A stretch of DNA of 35,093 bases, from NCBI GenBank assembly GCA_036163815.1, contig JAYZKD010000048.1, positions 1 through 35,093 of the forward strand, read 5' to 3'. Positions 10,431 through 23,361 of this stretch are shown one piece after another. Source of the stretch: Pseudomonadota bacterium (GTDB lineage Bacteria > Pseudomonadota > Alphaproteobacteria > MED-G09). The stretch's first letter is position 1, and each line of letters opens with the position of its first letter. A program made the translations under genes and the position numbers. The notes beneath the pieces are model-generated. The model ran no database searches, was not told the DNA's origin, and was given only the letters and a program-made list of their open reading frames with translations.

Positions 10431-12635
10431 ATGTTTGATATTCAAAATGAAGTTATAGAATGGGGTGGAAAAAAATTAACCATAGAAACTGGCAGAGTGG
10501 CTAGACAAGCTCACGGATCTGTTATCGCAACTTATGGAGGTACTTCGGTATTGGCTACAGTAGTGGCAGATAGAGAAGAAAAAAAAGATTTAGACTTCTT
10601 TCCTTTAACCGTTAATTACCAAGAAAAAGCTTATGCAGCGGGAAAAATACCTGGTGGTTTTTTTAAAAGAGAAGGTAGACCTTCAGAAAAGGAAACACTA
10701 GTTTCTCGTTTAATAGATAGACCAATCAGGCCATTATTTGCAGATGGTTTTAAATGTGAAACTCAAGTTATTGCTACAGTTATTAGCTATGATACAGAAA
10801 ATGATGCAGATATTGTTGCTTTGATTGCCTGTTCTGCGGCGTTAACTCTTTCTGGGGTGCCTTTTATGGGTCCAATTGGCGCAGCAAGGGTTGGTTATAA
10901 GGATGGAGAATATATTCTTAATCCTACAAAAACAGAAATGGATAATTCGGAATTAGATTTAGTTGTTGCTGGGACTAAAGATGCAGTTCTTATGGTAGAA
11001 TCTGAAGCAAAAGAATTATCGGAAGAAATTATGCTTGGTGCGGTAACCTTTGGTCAAAAGAATTTTTCTCCAATTATAGAATCAATAATTAGTTTGGCTG
11101 AAAAGTCTGCAAAAGAACCTAGAGATTTTGAAAAGAAAGATCTTTCTGAATTAGAGAAAAGGGTTAATTCAATAATTCAGGACAAGCTAGAAAACGCATA
11201 CAAAGAAGCAGATAAACAAAAAAGAACAGAACTGATTGCAGAAATAAAAAGTGAAGTTATTGAGGAGCTCGCTTCAGATAATGTTGATGAACAAGATGAG
11301 CTTAGTGAGACTTTAATAGGATCCGCTTTCAAAAATATAGAAAAGAATATTGTTAGGAATAGTATATTAAATACTGGTGAAAGAATTGATGGGAGAGATC
11401 TTGAAACCGTAAGGCCAATACAATCTGATGTTAGTATATTACCACTAACTCATGGGTCGGCACTTTTTACAAGAGGCGAAACACAAGCTTTAGTTGTAAC
11501 TACTCTTGGAACAGGAGATGACGAAAAATTTGTTGATGGTTTGGACGAAACTTATAAAGAACAATTTATGTTACATTATAATTTTCCTCCATATTCTGTT
11601 GGAGAAACAGGACGAACAGGTTTTACTGGAAGGCGTGAAATTGGTCACGGAAAATTAGCTTGGAGAGCATTAAAGGCTGTGATGCCAGAATATGAAAAGT
11701 TTCCTTACACCATAAGGTTGGTGTCTGAAATTACCGAATCAAATGGATCTTCATCAATGGCTACTGTTTGTGGATCTTCTTTATCAATGATGGACGCAGG
11801 AATTCCGATTACTAAACCTGTTGCTGGAATAGCCATGGGCCTCATTAAAGAAGAAGAAAGGGTTGCTGTATTATCAGATATTCTTGGCGATGAGGATCAT
11901 CTTGGAGATATGGATTTTAAGGTTGCCGGTACAAATGATGGAATTACTTCATTACAAATGGATATCAAGATAACAGGAATTACTAAAGATATTATGGAAA
12001 CGGCACTTAGTCAGGCAAAAAAAGGAAGAATACATATTCTTAACGAAATGGCTAAAGCAATAGATACAGCAAGAGAAACAGTAAATGCAAATGCCCCAAG
12101 AATCGAAACCATTAATGTACCCACTGACAAGATTAGAGAGGTTATTGGAGCTGGAGGGAAAGTTATAAGAGAAATTGTAGAGGAAAGTGGAGCAAAAGTA
12201 GATATTAATGATGAAGGAATTGTAAAAATTGCCTCAAATAATGCTGAGGCAATAGAAAAGGCTCTCGAAATGATTAATTCAATTGTTGCAGAACCTGAAG
12301 TGGGGACAATTTATGAAGGAAAAGTAGTTAAAATTATGGACTTTGGTGCGTTTGTAAATTTCTTTGGAAAAAGAGATGGGCTTGTTCATATATCACAGCT
12401 TTCAAATGAAAGAGTAAACAAAGTAACGGATATGGTTAATGAGGGGGACATAGTAAAAGTTAAGTTTGTTGGTTTTGATAGAGGCAAAGTTAAACTTTCT
12501 ATGAAAAATATTAATCAAGAAACCGGGGAAGAAGAATTAAAAGCCAAAGAAGATAAATCTAAAAAGGAAGATAAACCCAAAACAGAAAAGAAAAATAAAC
12601 CAAAAAAAGATAAACCAAAAGAAGAGAAAGAATAG
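10431..12635 (+). CDS. pnp: Polynucleotide phosphorylase
   Basis: [36 protein letters not shown] and [12 protein letters not shown] motifs; KH and S1 domains. Confidence 0.98.
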   Translation: MFDIQNEVIEWGGKKLTIETGRVARQAHGSVIATYGGTSVLATVVADREEKKDLDFFPLTVNYQEKAYAAGKIPGGFFKREGRPSEKETLVSRLIDRPIRPLFADGFKCETQVIATVISYDTENDADIVALIACSAALTLSGVPFMGPIGAARVGYKDGEYILNPTKTEMDNSELDLVVAGTKDAVLMVESEAKELSEEIMLGAVTFGQKNFSPIIESIISLAEKSAKEPRDFEKKDLSELEKRVNSIIQDKLENAYKEADKQKRTELIAEIKSEVIEELASDNVDEQDELSETLIGSAFKNIEKNIVRNSILNTGERIDGRDLETVRPIQSDVSILPLTHGSALFTRGETQALVVTTLGTGDDEKFVDGLDETYKEQFMLHYNFPPYSVGETGRTGFTGRREIGHGKLAWRALKAVMPEYEKFPYTIRLVSEITESNGSSSMATVCGSSLSMMDAGIPITKPVAGIAMGLIKEEERVAVLSDILGDEDHLGDMDFKVAGTNDGITSLQMDIKITGITKDIMETALSQAKKGRIHILNEMAKAIDTARETVNANAPRIETINVPTDKIREVIGAGGKVIREIVEESGAKVDINDEGIVKIASNNAEAIEKALEMINSIVAEPEVGTIYEGKVVKIMDFGAFVNFFGKRDGLVHISQLSNERVNKVTDMVNEGDIVKVKFVGFDRGKVKLSMKNINQETGEEELKAKEDKSKKEDKPKTEKKNKPKKDKPKEEKE

Positions 12636-12641
12636 ATTTTA

Positions 12642-13439
12642 TCAAAGATGATCGGTTTTGGGCATTCCTATAATATTATAGCCTTGATCAACATAATGTA
12701 TTTCACCAGTTACACCATTTGATAAATCAGATAATAAATATAAGCCCGAAGAACCTATGTTTTCCAATGTAAGAGGAATCTCCATCAATGGTTTGTGTTT
12801 TTCTGCAAATTTAAACATTTCACGAGCATTTTTCACAGCTGATCCAGCTAAAGTTCTCATCATACCTGCTGATAGAGCATTAATACGAATTCCTCGTTCA
12901 CCTAAATCTGATGCCAGATATCTCACAGAAGATTCAAGAGCTGCTTTAGCGACACCCATTACATTATAATTAGGAATTACTTTTTCTGATCCGCCGTAAG
13001 TTAATGTTAATATTGCCCCATTATCATTAATGATAGGTTCAAATACCCGCACAATATTTGTAAGAGAAAAACAAGATATTTCAAGGGTATTAAGAAAATT
13101 TTCTCTTGAAGTATTTATATATTTTCCATTAAGTTCATTTTTATCTGAGTGTGCTATAGAGTGAACAATAAAATCAATACTTCCCCAATCATCCTTTATT
13201 ATATTAAAGGCATTTTCTAATTCATCTTGGTTTAATACATCACAGTTTATAAGATGTTTCTTACTATTAATTTTTTCAGCTAGGGGTTCAATTCTTTTTT
13301 TGAAGGTATCACCTTGGTATGTAAAAGCTAGCTTTGCTCCATGATTGTATAAAGTTTGAGCAATACCCCAGGCAATTGAATGGTCGTTAGCAACTCCCAT
13401 TATTAGTCCCTTTTTGTCTTTCATTAAATTAGTATTCAT
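12642..13439 (-). CDS. fabI: Enoyl-ACP reductase (NADH)
   Basis: GVANDHSIAWGIA and catalytic YNVMGVAK motifs. The ATG at 13439 is preferred over the TTG at 13448. Confidence 0.95.
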   Translation of the reverse strand: MNTNLMKDKKGLIMGVANDHSIAWGIAQTLYNHGAKLAFTYQGDTFKKRIEPLAEKINSKKHLINCDVLNQDELENAFNIIKDDWGSIDFIVHSIAHSDKNELNGKYINTSRENFLNTLEISCFSLTNIVRVFEPIINDNGAILTLTYGGSEKVIPNYNVMGVAKAALESSVRYLASDLGERGIRINALSAGMMRTLAGSAVKNAREMFKFAEKHKPLMEIPLTLENIGSSGLYLLSDLSNGVTGEIHYVDQGYNIIGMPKTDHL

Positions 13440-13453
13440 TTTATTCAATTATT

Positions 13454-14671
13454 TTACAAATTAGGGTTTTTAAACACCAATGAAGCGTTAGTTCCACCAA
13501 ACCCAAAACTATTTGAAAGTAAGCACCCTATATTAGCGTTTTCAATCGTTTCCTTATTTATTGGCAGGTCTTCAAATTTTGGATCAATATTTTCAATATT
13601 AGCTGACTTAGCTATAAATCCATTATGCATCATTAAAATCGAATATATAGCTTCCTGGACCCCAGCTGCCCCTAAACTATGACCTGTTAAGGATTTTGTA
13701 GCGCTAATAGCTGGTATTTTCTCTTTAAATGTTTCTCTAATAGCTTCAACTTCTTTTTCATCGCCAATAGGAGTAGATGTCGCGTGAGGATTAATATAAT
13801 CTACTTCACAATCTATATTTTCCATAGACATTTGCATGCATCTTACTGCACCTTCTCCTGAAGGTTGAACCATATCATGTCCATCTGATGTGGCTCCATA
13901 ACCAACAACTTCGGCATATATTTTTGCACCCCTTGCTTTTGCTTTTTCCATTTCTTCAAGAACAAGAACACCTGCTCCACCTGCTATTACAAATCCATCT
14001 CGATCTTTATCATATGCCCTGCTTGAAGTTTCAGGTGTGCTATTATATTTAGAAGACATAGCTCCCATAGCATCAAATAAGACAGATAAAGCCCAATTTA
14101 ATTCTTCACCTCCTCCAGCAAACATAGTGTCCTGTTTTCCATATTGGATTAGTTCATATGAGTTTCCAATGCAATGTGAAGAGGTCGCACAAGCTGATGA
14201 AATTGAATAATTTACCCCTTTTATTCCAAAAGGAGTCGCTAATGTAGCAGAGTTGGTTGAGGACATTGCTTTAGGAACAGCAAAAGGTCCAACGCGTTTA
14301 GGACCTTTTTCCCTTGTTATATCAGCAGATTCAACAAGTGTTTTTGTAGATGGTCCGCCAGATCCCATAATAATTCCGGTTTTTTCATTAATAATATCTT
14401 TTTCCTCCAAGCCTGAATCATCTATAGCTTGCTGCATAGAAATATAATTCCATGCAGCACCCATGCCCATAAACCTTCTTGTTTTTTTATCAAGATATTC
14501 TTCTGGGTCGAGACTCGGTTTACCATATATCTGGCTTCTAAACCCTAAATCTACATGCTCTTCAGATTTAGTGATTCCAGATTTCCCTTCTCTCAAACTT
14601 GCTGTGACTTCTTGAGTATTATTACCTATACAAGATACAATACCCATACCTGTTATTGCTACACGTCTCAT
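13454..14671 (-). CDS. fabB: Beta-ketoacyl-ACP synthase I
   Basis: ISSACATS (Cys), [16 protein letters not shown] and [10 protein letters not shown] motifs; clustered with fabA. Confidence 0.95.
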   Translation of the reverse strand: MRRVAITGMGIVSCIGNNTQEVTASLREGKSGITKSEEHVDLGFRSQIYGKPSLDPEEYLDKKTRRFMGMGAAWNYISMQQAIDDSGLEEKDIINEKTGIIMGSGGPSTKTLVESADITREKGPKRVGPFAVPKAMSSTNSATLATPFGIKGVNYSISSACATSSHCIGNSYELIQYGKQDTMFAGGGEELNWALSVLFDAMGAMSSKYNSTPETSSRAYDKDRDGFVIAGGAGVLVLEEMEKAKARGAKIYAEVVGYGATSDGHDMVQPSGEGAVRCMQMSMENIDCEVDYINPHATSTPIGDEKEVEAIRETFKEKIPAISATKSLTGHSLGAAGVQEAIYSILMMHNGFIAKSANIENIDPKFEDLPINKETIENANIGCLLSNSFGFGGTNASLVFKNPNL

Positions 14672-14691
14672 AATTTCCCTTTTAAAATTAA

Positions 14692-15192
14692 TTACTTAAA
14701 TAAAGCAACCCGCAAATCAGTCGCTTCATATATGTTTTCTCCATCGGCTGATAATATTCCATCAGCTATACCAAGAACTAATTTACTTGTTAATACCCTC
14801 TTAAGATTAATTGTATACTCTAATTTTTTAGTATTAGGTAAGATCATTCCAGAAAATTTAACATTACCTACAGAAATTGCTCTTCCTTTACCCTTTTCTC
14901 CAATCCAACCAAGATAAAACCCTAATAATTGCCACATGGCATCTAACCCAAGGCAACCTGGCATAACAGGATCACCAACAAAATGGCAATCAAAAAACCA
15001 TAGATCTGGCTTAATATTTAGTTCAGCTGAGATAACACCTTTATTATTTTTACCGCCATCAGAAGAAATATTTTTAATTTTATCAAACATTAACATTGGA
15101 GGCATTGGTAATTGAGCATTCCCTGGTCCAAATAAATCACCTTTTGCACATGCTATAAGATCATCATAACTATAATTATCTTTTTGATTCAT
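14692..15192 (-). CDS. fabA: 3-hydroxyacyl-ACP dehydratase/isomerase
   Basis: [10 protein letters not shown] and [24 protein letters not shown] motifs (FabA-type catalytic Asp). Confidence 0.97.
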   Translation of the reverse strand: MNQKDNYSYDDLIACAKGDLFGPGNAQLPMPPMLMFDKIKNISSDGGKNNKGVISAELNIKPDLWFFDCHFVGDPVMPGCLGLDAMWQLLGFYLGWIGEKGKGRAISVGNVKFSGMILPNTKKLEYTINLKRVLTSKLVLGIADGILSADGENIYEATDLRVALFK

Positions 15193-15373
15193 TTTCTTAT
15201 CTCATTTGAGACCTTTACCATATTAAGCTGGTGTTAGTAAGGAAAAGATTAATTTTCTAGTTTATATTGAAATACAGTAGAAAAAAGTTAATAATAATGC
15301 ATGCCCAAATCCATAATATTTTTTAAAAAAGTGGATAAATTTTTTATAATCCAGGTTTAAATAATGATTTTAG

Positions 15374-17518
<2,145 letters not shown>

Positions 17519-17521
17519 ATT

Positions 17522-17569
17522 TTAATATTGATGGAGCAGTTTATTTTCAAATTGTTCTATCAATATTAA
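17522..17569 (+). terminator. Long 21-bp stem-loop downstream of katG (terminator or 3' stabiliser)
   Basis: TTAATATTGATGGAGCAGTTT / AAATTGTTCTATCAATATTAA with loop ATTTTC; fully paired as + strand RNA using three G-U pairs. Confidence 0.7.
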
Positions 17570-18039
17570 TTGATACCCCATAAGAATTTTTTTTCTACAA
17601 ACCCTTCCACTTGATAAAAATCTATTTTGCAAAATAAATTTTTACACCCTATTAACTCGCCAGTAATATTTTTACCTGCTTTGGCTATTACTTCAGAATC
17701 TGATGATTCTTTTTTATAAATATTGACTAATTGTTCGTGCAATATAATTACTTTCCTTTTCTTTGAAATTTGACTTTCATTAACCCAGCCATTGACATTA
17801 TCCGGCATTAATACTTCATACCAATCACCTTTTTTTCTAATTTTTTTGATTGGTAAGCCACTCTTCTTGTAAGCCCATAATACCTTATGCATTTTAGAAG
17901 GGCCTGTTCTTATATAAGTTTTGTTATATTTCAAAGATAACCACTCATTCGATGTATTTTGAGAATAAATAGGGGTATTAAAGAGAATGAAACCTAACAA
18001 GATAAAATTTCGTAATATTATTATACTAATTATTTTCAT
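17566..18039 (-). CDS. Exported bacterial SH3-domain protein (SH3_4-like)
   Basis: Signal-like N-terminus, then WLSLKYNKTYIRTGP...GLPI...DWYEV...GWV and terminal FLWG. The start could be 18039 or 18060. Confidence 0.8.
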   Translation of the reverse strand: MKIISIIILRNFILLGFILFNTPIYSQNTSNEWLSLKYNKTYIRTGPSKMHKVLWAYKKSGLPIKKIRKKGDWYEVLMPDNVNGWVNESQISKKRKVIILHEQLVNIYKKESSDSEVIAKAGKNITGELIGCKNLFCKIDFYQVEGFVEKKFLWGIN

Positions 18040-18811
18040 TTTTTTTGGAGTCTTTTCCATTTAAAATATTATTCGGGTCCCATTTCAATTTTAAAATTTT
18101 ATTTTGCAGAGTTAATAAATCAAAAATTAAAATCTTATTAATTAAATTATCTTTGTTATTAGTGATAATTTTCAATATTTCTGTAGTTTGTAGGGCTCCC
18201 ATTGTTCCTGCAACAGAGCCTAAGATACCAATATGACTACAATCATCTTCAATAAATTTTTTATCATTTGTTAGACATCTATAAGAAGGAAAAGGGTCAT
18301 TGTTTTTATCTAACATATGTGATTGAAAAGTTGATATTTGCCCAAAAAAACCTGCAACAGAGCACATGACCCAGGTTTTTTTTTGATAAAAACACGCATC
18401 ATTAATGACTAATCTTGTTTCATAATTGTCTGAACAATCTGCTATGTAATCATAATTATTTATTATTTGATTTATATTTTCTGAATCTACTTTTGTATTA
18501 AAGGTATTTATCTTTAATGATGGATTAAGTTTAATAGAAAATTCTTTAGCAACATCGACTTTATTTTTTTTAATATCATCATGTTTATAGATAACCTGAC
18601 GATTTAAATTAGAAAGCTCCACTTTGCCATGATCTACTAATCCTATTTCTCCAATCCCTGAAGCAGATAGATATTGTAGGACTGATGATCCTAGACCGCC
18701 TAATCCAATTATAATAACACTTGAATTTTTAATTTTTTCTTGCCCTTTAGGGCCTATTTCTTTGAGAATTAATTGACGAGAGAAGTTTTCAAGATAATAT
18801 TCATCTTTCAC
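18026..18811 (-). CDS. moeB: MoeB/ThiF/HesA family adenylyltransferase
   Basis: FSRQLIL..IG..GQ, GLGGLG, SNLNRQ and DCSDN motifs. The GTG start overlaps the coaBC stop. MoeB versus ThiF is not resolvable here. Confidence 0.82.
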   Translation of the reverse strand: MKDEYYLENFSRQLILKEIGPKGQEKIKNSSVIIIGLGGLGSSVLQYLSASGIGEIGLVDHGKVELSNLNRQVIYKHDDIKKNKVDVAKEFSIKLNPSLKINTFNTKVDSENINQIINNYDYIADCSDNYETRLVINDACFYQKKTWVMCSVAGFFGQISTFQSHMLDKNNDPFPSYRCLTNDKKFIEDDCSHIGILGSVAGTMGALQTTEILKIITNNKDNLINKILIFDLLTLQNKILKLKWDPNNILNGKDSKKNENN

Positions 18812-20013
18812 TAAGCAGCCTCATTAAAGAATTTCGAAATTTTCAAACAAATTTTATCTGCCACATCATCTTTACTAAGATAACCCCAGTCTTCAAGATT
18901 ATTTTCATCTATAAATTTTACCGAATTCATTTCGCTATTAAAAACACTTTCTTTGCCATTAAAATGTTTGTTAGCAATTATCCAATCACAAGATTTATCA
19001 TTTAGTTTATTTTTAGCAGAATCAATTAGATTTTCGGTTTCTAATGAGAATCCAATTACTAATTTTGGTCTATTATTTGATGAAGAGCTGATTTCTTTTA
19101 AAATATCTTTATTTTGTGAAAAATTAATTGTTAAGAGATCATTTTCTTGTGATCTTTTTTTGATTTTGTGATCGGTTAGATTTGATGCTTTCCAGTCTGA
19201 TACTGCAGCAGCAAAAACAGCAATATCCACTGGTAAGCTTTTTCTACAGGTTTGTAGCATTTCTTCTGCAGATTTTATTTTTTTAACTTTAATGTCCTCT
19301 GGATCTTTAATACTTACTGGTCCAGAAATTAGAGTAGTATCGGCACCAAAACGCCTAAGAGCTTTAGCAATAGCATGACCTTGTTTACCTGATGATTCAT
19401 TGGAAATAAATCTAACAGGGTCAATTTTTTCAACTGTAGGGCCTGAAGTAACTAAAGCTTTTTTGCCCAATAAAGGTCCAGGTTTTAGAAGGTATTTTAT
19501 TTCATTACTTATTTCCTTGATAGAGGCCATTTTTCCATAACCTATTTCCCCACAGGCCATTTCACCCTTATTTGGACCTACAAAATAGAAACCCTCTTCC
19601 TTTAATTTTAAAACATTTTTTACTGTGTTTTCATTTTCCCACATTTTTACATTCATTGATGGGACAATTAATATTGGTTTATTTGATGCTAACAAAACTG
19701 TACTTGCCAAATCATCTGCTACGCCATTGGCAGTTTTAGAAATGATATTTGCAGTTGCAGGGGCAATAACAATCAAATCTGATTCTCTTGAAAGGTTAAT
19801 ATGGCCAATTTCTGATTCACTACTTAAGTCGAAAAGTTCAGTGTAAACTTTGTTCTTAGAAAGTGTCGCAAAAGAAATTGGTTGTACAAATTCGCAAGCA
19901 CTTTTTGTCATTAGGCATGTAATATTGTTACCTGCTCTCTTTAATTCCCTTACAAGATCAAGAGAACGATAAGCGGCAATTCCGCCAGTAATTATAAGTA
20001 AAATATTTTTCAT
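18811..20013 (-). CDS. coaBC: Bifunctional phosphopantothenoylcysteine decarboxylase/synthetase
   Basis: TGGIAAY, HINL, APATAN, PSMN, ACGE.G.G, DPVRFISNESSGKQG and AAVSDW motifs. Confidence 0.97.
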   Translation of the reverse strand: MKNILLIITGGIAAYRSLDLVRELKRAGNNITCLMTKSACEFVQPISFATLSKNKVYTELFDLSSESEIGHINLSRESDLIVIAPATANIISKTANGVADDLASTVLLASNKPILIVPSMNVKMWENENTVKNVLKLKEEGFYFVGPNKGEMACGEIGYGKMASIKEISNEIKYLLKPGPLLGKKALVTSGPTVEKIDPVRFISNESSGKQGHAIAKALRRFGADTTLISGPVSIKDPEDIKVKKIKSAEEMLQTCRKSLPVDIAVFAAAVSDWKASNLTDHKIKKRSQENDLLTINFSQNKDILKEISSSSNNRPKLVIGFSLETENLIDSAKNKLNDKSCDWIIANKHFNGKESVFNSEMNSVKFIDENNLEDWGYLSKDDVADKICLKISKFFNEAA

Positions 20014-20079
20014 AATTTTTTTTAATAATGAAAAGGAATATAAATCTATTATTTTTAAATGTGTAGAATATTTTAATAT

Positions 20080-21627
20080 TTATATTAATGAAATAATTAT
20101 TAATAAAATTAAAAGAATAATAATTATATAAAACAGTAAGTTAGTATTTTTATTTTTTAAAATATTAATGCTTTCTGGATGAATTTTAACCCCTTGATAA
20201 TCTGCTATTTTTCCTAATTGATTGATATTTTTTTTAACTCCTTCAATATTATTAGGTAGGTTGAGAATAGTTTCTTTTGCACGGTTTATAATTTCTTCAG
20301 CCCCTTTTGGCATTTTTTTTGAGAAATTATAATCTAAAGAATTAAGTTCATTTAGTATTGGTTTAGATTCAGTCCATATATTTAAATTAGGATCATATTC
20401 TCTTGCAACTCCTTCAATTACCACCATTGTTTTTTGAAGAAGAAGAAGTTGAGGTTGAGTTTTCATATTGAATTGATTTGTAACTTCAAAAAGTTGAGTT
20501 AAAAGATTGCCGATTGATATTTTATTAGCTTCCTTGCCTTGGATAGGTTCGCCGATAGACCTAAGTGCTTGAGAAAATTTTTTTCTATCTTCGCCTTGAG
20601 GTACATATCCAGCATCAAAATGGACTTTAGCAATTCCATCATAATCCCTGTTTACAAAACCTAATAAAATATTATTTAAATATTGTTTACTATCAAAATC
20701 AAGATACCCAACTATTCCAAAATCTACTGCAATAATTATTTCATTTTCTTTTATAAATAAATTACCTTGGTGCATATCAGCATGGAAAAGGCCATCTCTA
20801 ATAGACAGAGTAAGAAAAGTTTTAAGAATATTTTTTCCTATCTTTTTAAAATTATAACCGGCTTTATTTAACTCATTCATATTCTTTGCTGGTATTGCAT
20901 CTACCCATTCAGAAACTAAAATATTTTTTCTTGCTAAGTCCCATAAAATTGAAGGTACATAGAAATAATTATCATTAATTGTATTTTCTTTAATTTCTGA
21001 CTGAGCCGCAGCTTCTAGTCTCAGGTCAATTTCTATACTCAAACTTCTTTCTAATGTTTCTATAACCTCTACTAATCTAAGTCTCCTTGCTTCATGAGAT
21101 ATTTTTTCTAAGATTCTCGCCGCCGCATAGAAACTGTTTAGATCTCTTTTAATCTTTTTTTCAATATTTGGTCTTAAGATTTTAATAGCAACATCTATCT
21201 TTTTTCCATTTAAAAAAACTTTTCCTTTATGAACTTGGGCTATTGATGCAGCTGTCTTTGAAGGTTCGATACTTAAAAAGATTTTATTGTATTGATCTCC
21301 AAATTCATTCTCCAATATTTTTTTAGCTTTTTCTATTTCAAATGGTTCAATCTTGTCTTGGAGATCTTTAAGTTTTAAAGATAGATCAGAACCAATAATA
21401 TCTGGCCGAGTTGATAAAAATTGACCTAATTTTGTCCATGTTGGCCCAAGTTTTTGTAATGCTTTCGATAAATCTCTGTTTTTATTATTTCTTATAAATA
21501 GGATTATTTTTATAATTCTAATTGGAAAATGAATATTCTTTCCTGCATTTTTAGGTAATAAAGATTCTTCTGCAATTAAAGATCTTAAACCATTAATGAG
21601 TCTAAAGATTCTAAAAAAGTCATACAT
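20080..21627 (-). CDS. ubiB: Ubiquinone biosynthesis atypical kinase UbiB
   Basis: KLGQFLSTRPD, AASIAQVH, FHADMHQGN, DFGIVG and QPQLLLLQKT motifs. Confidence 0.95.
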   Translation of the reverse strand: MYDFFRIFRLINGLRSLIAEESLLPKNAGKNIHFPIRIIKIILFIRNNKNRDLSKALQKLGPTWTKLGQFLSTRPDIIGSDLSLKLKDLQDKIEPFEIEKAKKILENEFGDQYNKIFLSIEPSKTAASIAQVHKGKVFLNGKKIDVAIKILRPNIEKKIKRDLNSFYAAARILEKISHEARRLRLVEVIETLERSLSIEIDLRLEAAAQSEIKENTINDNYFYVPSILWDLARKNILVSEWVDAIPAKNMNELNKAGYNFKKIGKNILKTFLTLSIRDGLFHADMHQGNLFIKENEIIIAVDFGIVGYLDFDSKQYLNNILLGFVNRDYDGIAKVHFDAGYVPQGEDRKKFSQALRSIGEPIQGKEANKISIGNLLTQLFEVTNQFNMKTQPQLLLLQKTMVVIEGVAREYDPNLNIWTESKPILNELNSLDYNFSKKMPKGAEEIINRAKETILNLPNNIEGVKKNINQLGKIADYQGVKIHPESINILKNKNTNLLFYIIIILLILLIIISLI

Positions 21628-22361
21628 TAGGATTTCCTACATTTATATATACAAACAATATTGCCACTTAATTGTCTTATGGATGTTTTGCTAAAATTAT
21701 TTTGTTCAAGCATTTCAACAAATTCGTTAGGTTTTGGAAATGTTCTAATACTGTCTACTAAATATTGATATGATTCTTCTGAATTATTAATTAACTTGCC
21801 TAGTTTTGGTATTACAAAAAAAGACCATGCATCATATAAATTTCTTAATGTGTAGTTTTCTGGCATAGAGAATTCCATGCATAGGAAAATACCATTAGGT
21901 TTTAAAATTCTATAGCACTCTTTTAAACACTTATTTCTATCAGACATATTTCTTATTCCAAATGATACTGTTATTAAGTCAGTAGAATTATCGCAAATGG
22001 GAATATTTTCTCCATCTCCACATATAAATTGGACTTTTTTTGGCGAATTAATTTTATCAATCCCTCCATTAATCATATTTATATTTTTATCAATAATTCT
22101 AATTGAGCTATTCGGAAATTTCTTAGAAATCTTTTCAGCGATATCCCCAGTTCCTCCAGCTAAATCTACAATGTTTAAATTTTCTTTATCATCAATATTT
22201 ATCAAATTTATAAACTCTTTTTTCCAAGAACGATGTAATCCTAAGGACATTAAATCATTCATTAGATCATAATTTTTGGCAACTTCATTGAAAACATTTT
22301 GTATTAGATCGTAATGCTCTCTTTTGTTTACTTGTTCATATCCAAAATCATTTTTTTTCAT
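21627..22361 (-). CDS. ubiE: Ubiquinone/menaquinone C-methyltransferase
   Basis: YDLMNDLMSLGLHRSWK, DLAGGTGD, SFGIRN and YQYLVDSIRTFP motifs. Confidence 0.96.
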   Translation of the reverse strand: MKKNDFGYEQVNKREHYDLIQNVFNEVAKNYDLMNDLMSLGLHRSWKKEFINLINIDDKENLNIVDLAGGTGDIAEKISKKFPNSSIRIIDKNINMINGGIDKINSPKKVQFICGDGENIPICDNSTDLITVSFGIRNMSDRNKCLKECYRILKPNGIFLCMEFSMPENYTLRNLYDAWSFFVIPKLGKLINNSEESYQYLVDSIRTFPKPNEFVEMLEQNNFSKTSIRQLSGNIVCIYKCRKS

Positions 22362-22430
22362 TGAAATAAAAACCTCTTCAGGCGAACATAACTCGTAGAT
22401 TTAATTTGTTCCAGATAGAAAGGAAAAATT

Positions 22431-23285
22431 ATGCCTGAATTGCCAGAGGTTGAAACCATTAAAGAGGGATTAAGAAATTCCCTTATAGGTCAGAAAATTT
22501 TAAAAGTTAATTTATCAAAAAAAAAGTTAAGGTTTCCTTATGATAAAGATTTTAAAAGAAGCATAAGTAACAAAAAGATCATCGATATAACCCGAAGAGC
22601 AAAATATATTCTTTTTAGTTTATCCAATGGATTTACTATAATCTCACATTTGGGAATGTCAGGTAGTTACCGGATAATAGAAAAATCTGAAAAAAGAGAT
22701 TTAAAAAGACTTAAACACGATCATGTCATTATCAATTTGGAAGACTTTATAGTTATATACAATGATCCAAGAAGATTTGGTTATATTTTATTAACAAATA
22801 AACCATTATCAGAATATAAATTAATAAATTACTTAGGTTTTGAACCATTATCTAAAGATTTTAATGCTGAAAATATCGCAAAAGTATTTCATAATAAAGA
22901 TAGAAATATTAAAAATGCTTTGATGGATCAAAAAATCATTGCTGGTTTAGGTAATATTTATGTTTGTGAAGCAATGTTTAGAGCAAAAGTATCACCTTTT
23001 TTATTAGCAAAAGATTTGGTTTGTGAAAATTTAAAGCCTAAAAGACATCTCAAAGAGCTAGTAGATAATATCAAAATAATTATCAAAGAAGCAATTAATA
23101 TGGGAGGCTCTTCTTTAAGGGATTATACTCAAACTGATGGTAGAATGGGGTATTTTCAAAATACATTTGATGTTTATGGGCGTGAAGGTAAAATTTGTTC
23201 TTCTAAAAATTGTTCTCATTTAATTATGAGAATTACTCAATCAAATCGCTCAACATTTTTTTGTCCAGGATGTCAAAAAAACTGA
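22431..23285 (+). CDS. mutM: Formamidopyrimidine-DNA glycosylase
   Basis: MPELPEVET, HLGMSG, DPRRFG and AGLGNIY motifs; C-terminal Cys4 zinc finger. Confidence 0.97.
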   Translation: MPELPEVETIKEGLRNSLIGQKILKVNLSKKKLRFPYDKDFKRSISNKKIIDITRRAKYILFSLSNGFTIISHLGMSGSYRIIEKSEKRDLKRLKHDHVIINLEDFIVIYNDPRRFGYILLTNKPLSEYKLINYLGFEPLSKDFNAENIAKVFHNKDRNIKNALMDQKIIAGLGNIYVCEAMFRAKVSPFLLAKDLVCENLKPKRHLKELVDNIKIIIKEAINMGGSSLRDYTQTDGRMGYFQNTFDVYGREGKICSSKNCSHLIMRITQSNRSTFFCPGCQKN

Positions 23286-23361
23286 GATTAAATAAATAAT
23301 TTATGGTTATAATTTATAATCCTTATATATAATTAACTTATAATAATTTTAAGAGGAACTT

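Noticed and set aside
15330-15338. AGTGGATAA, a one-mismatch DnaA box upstream of katG
   Set aside because: A single degenerate copy with no cluster; insufficient for oriC or DnaA regulation.
23308-23344. Four TATAAT hexamers upstream of the enoyl-CoA hydratase
   Set aside because: The spacer is nearly all A/T, the spacing is irregular and no convincing -35 was found. One may be the real -10, but a special array is not supported.
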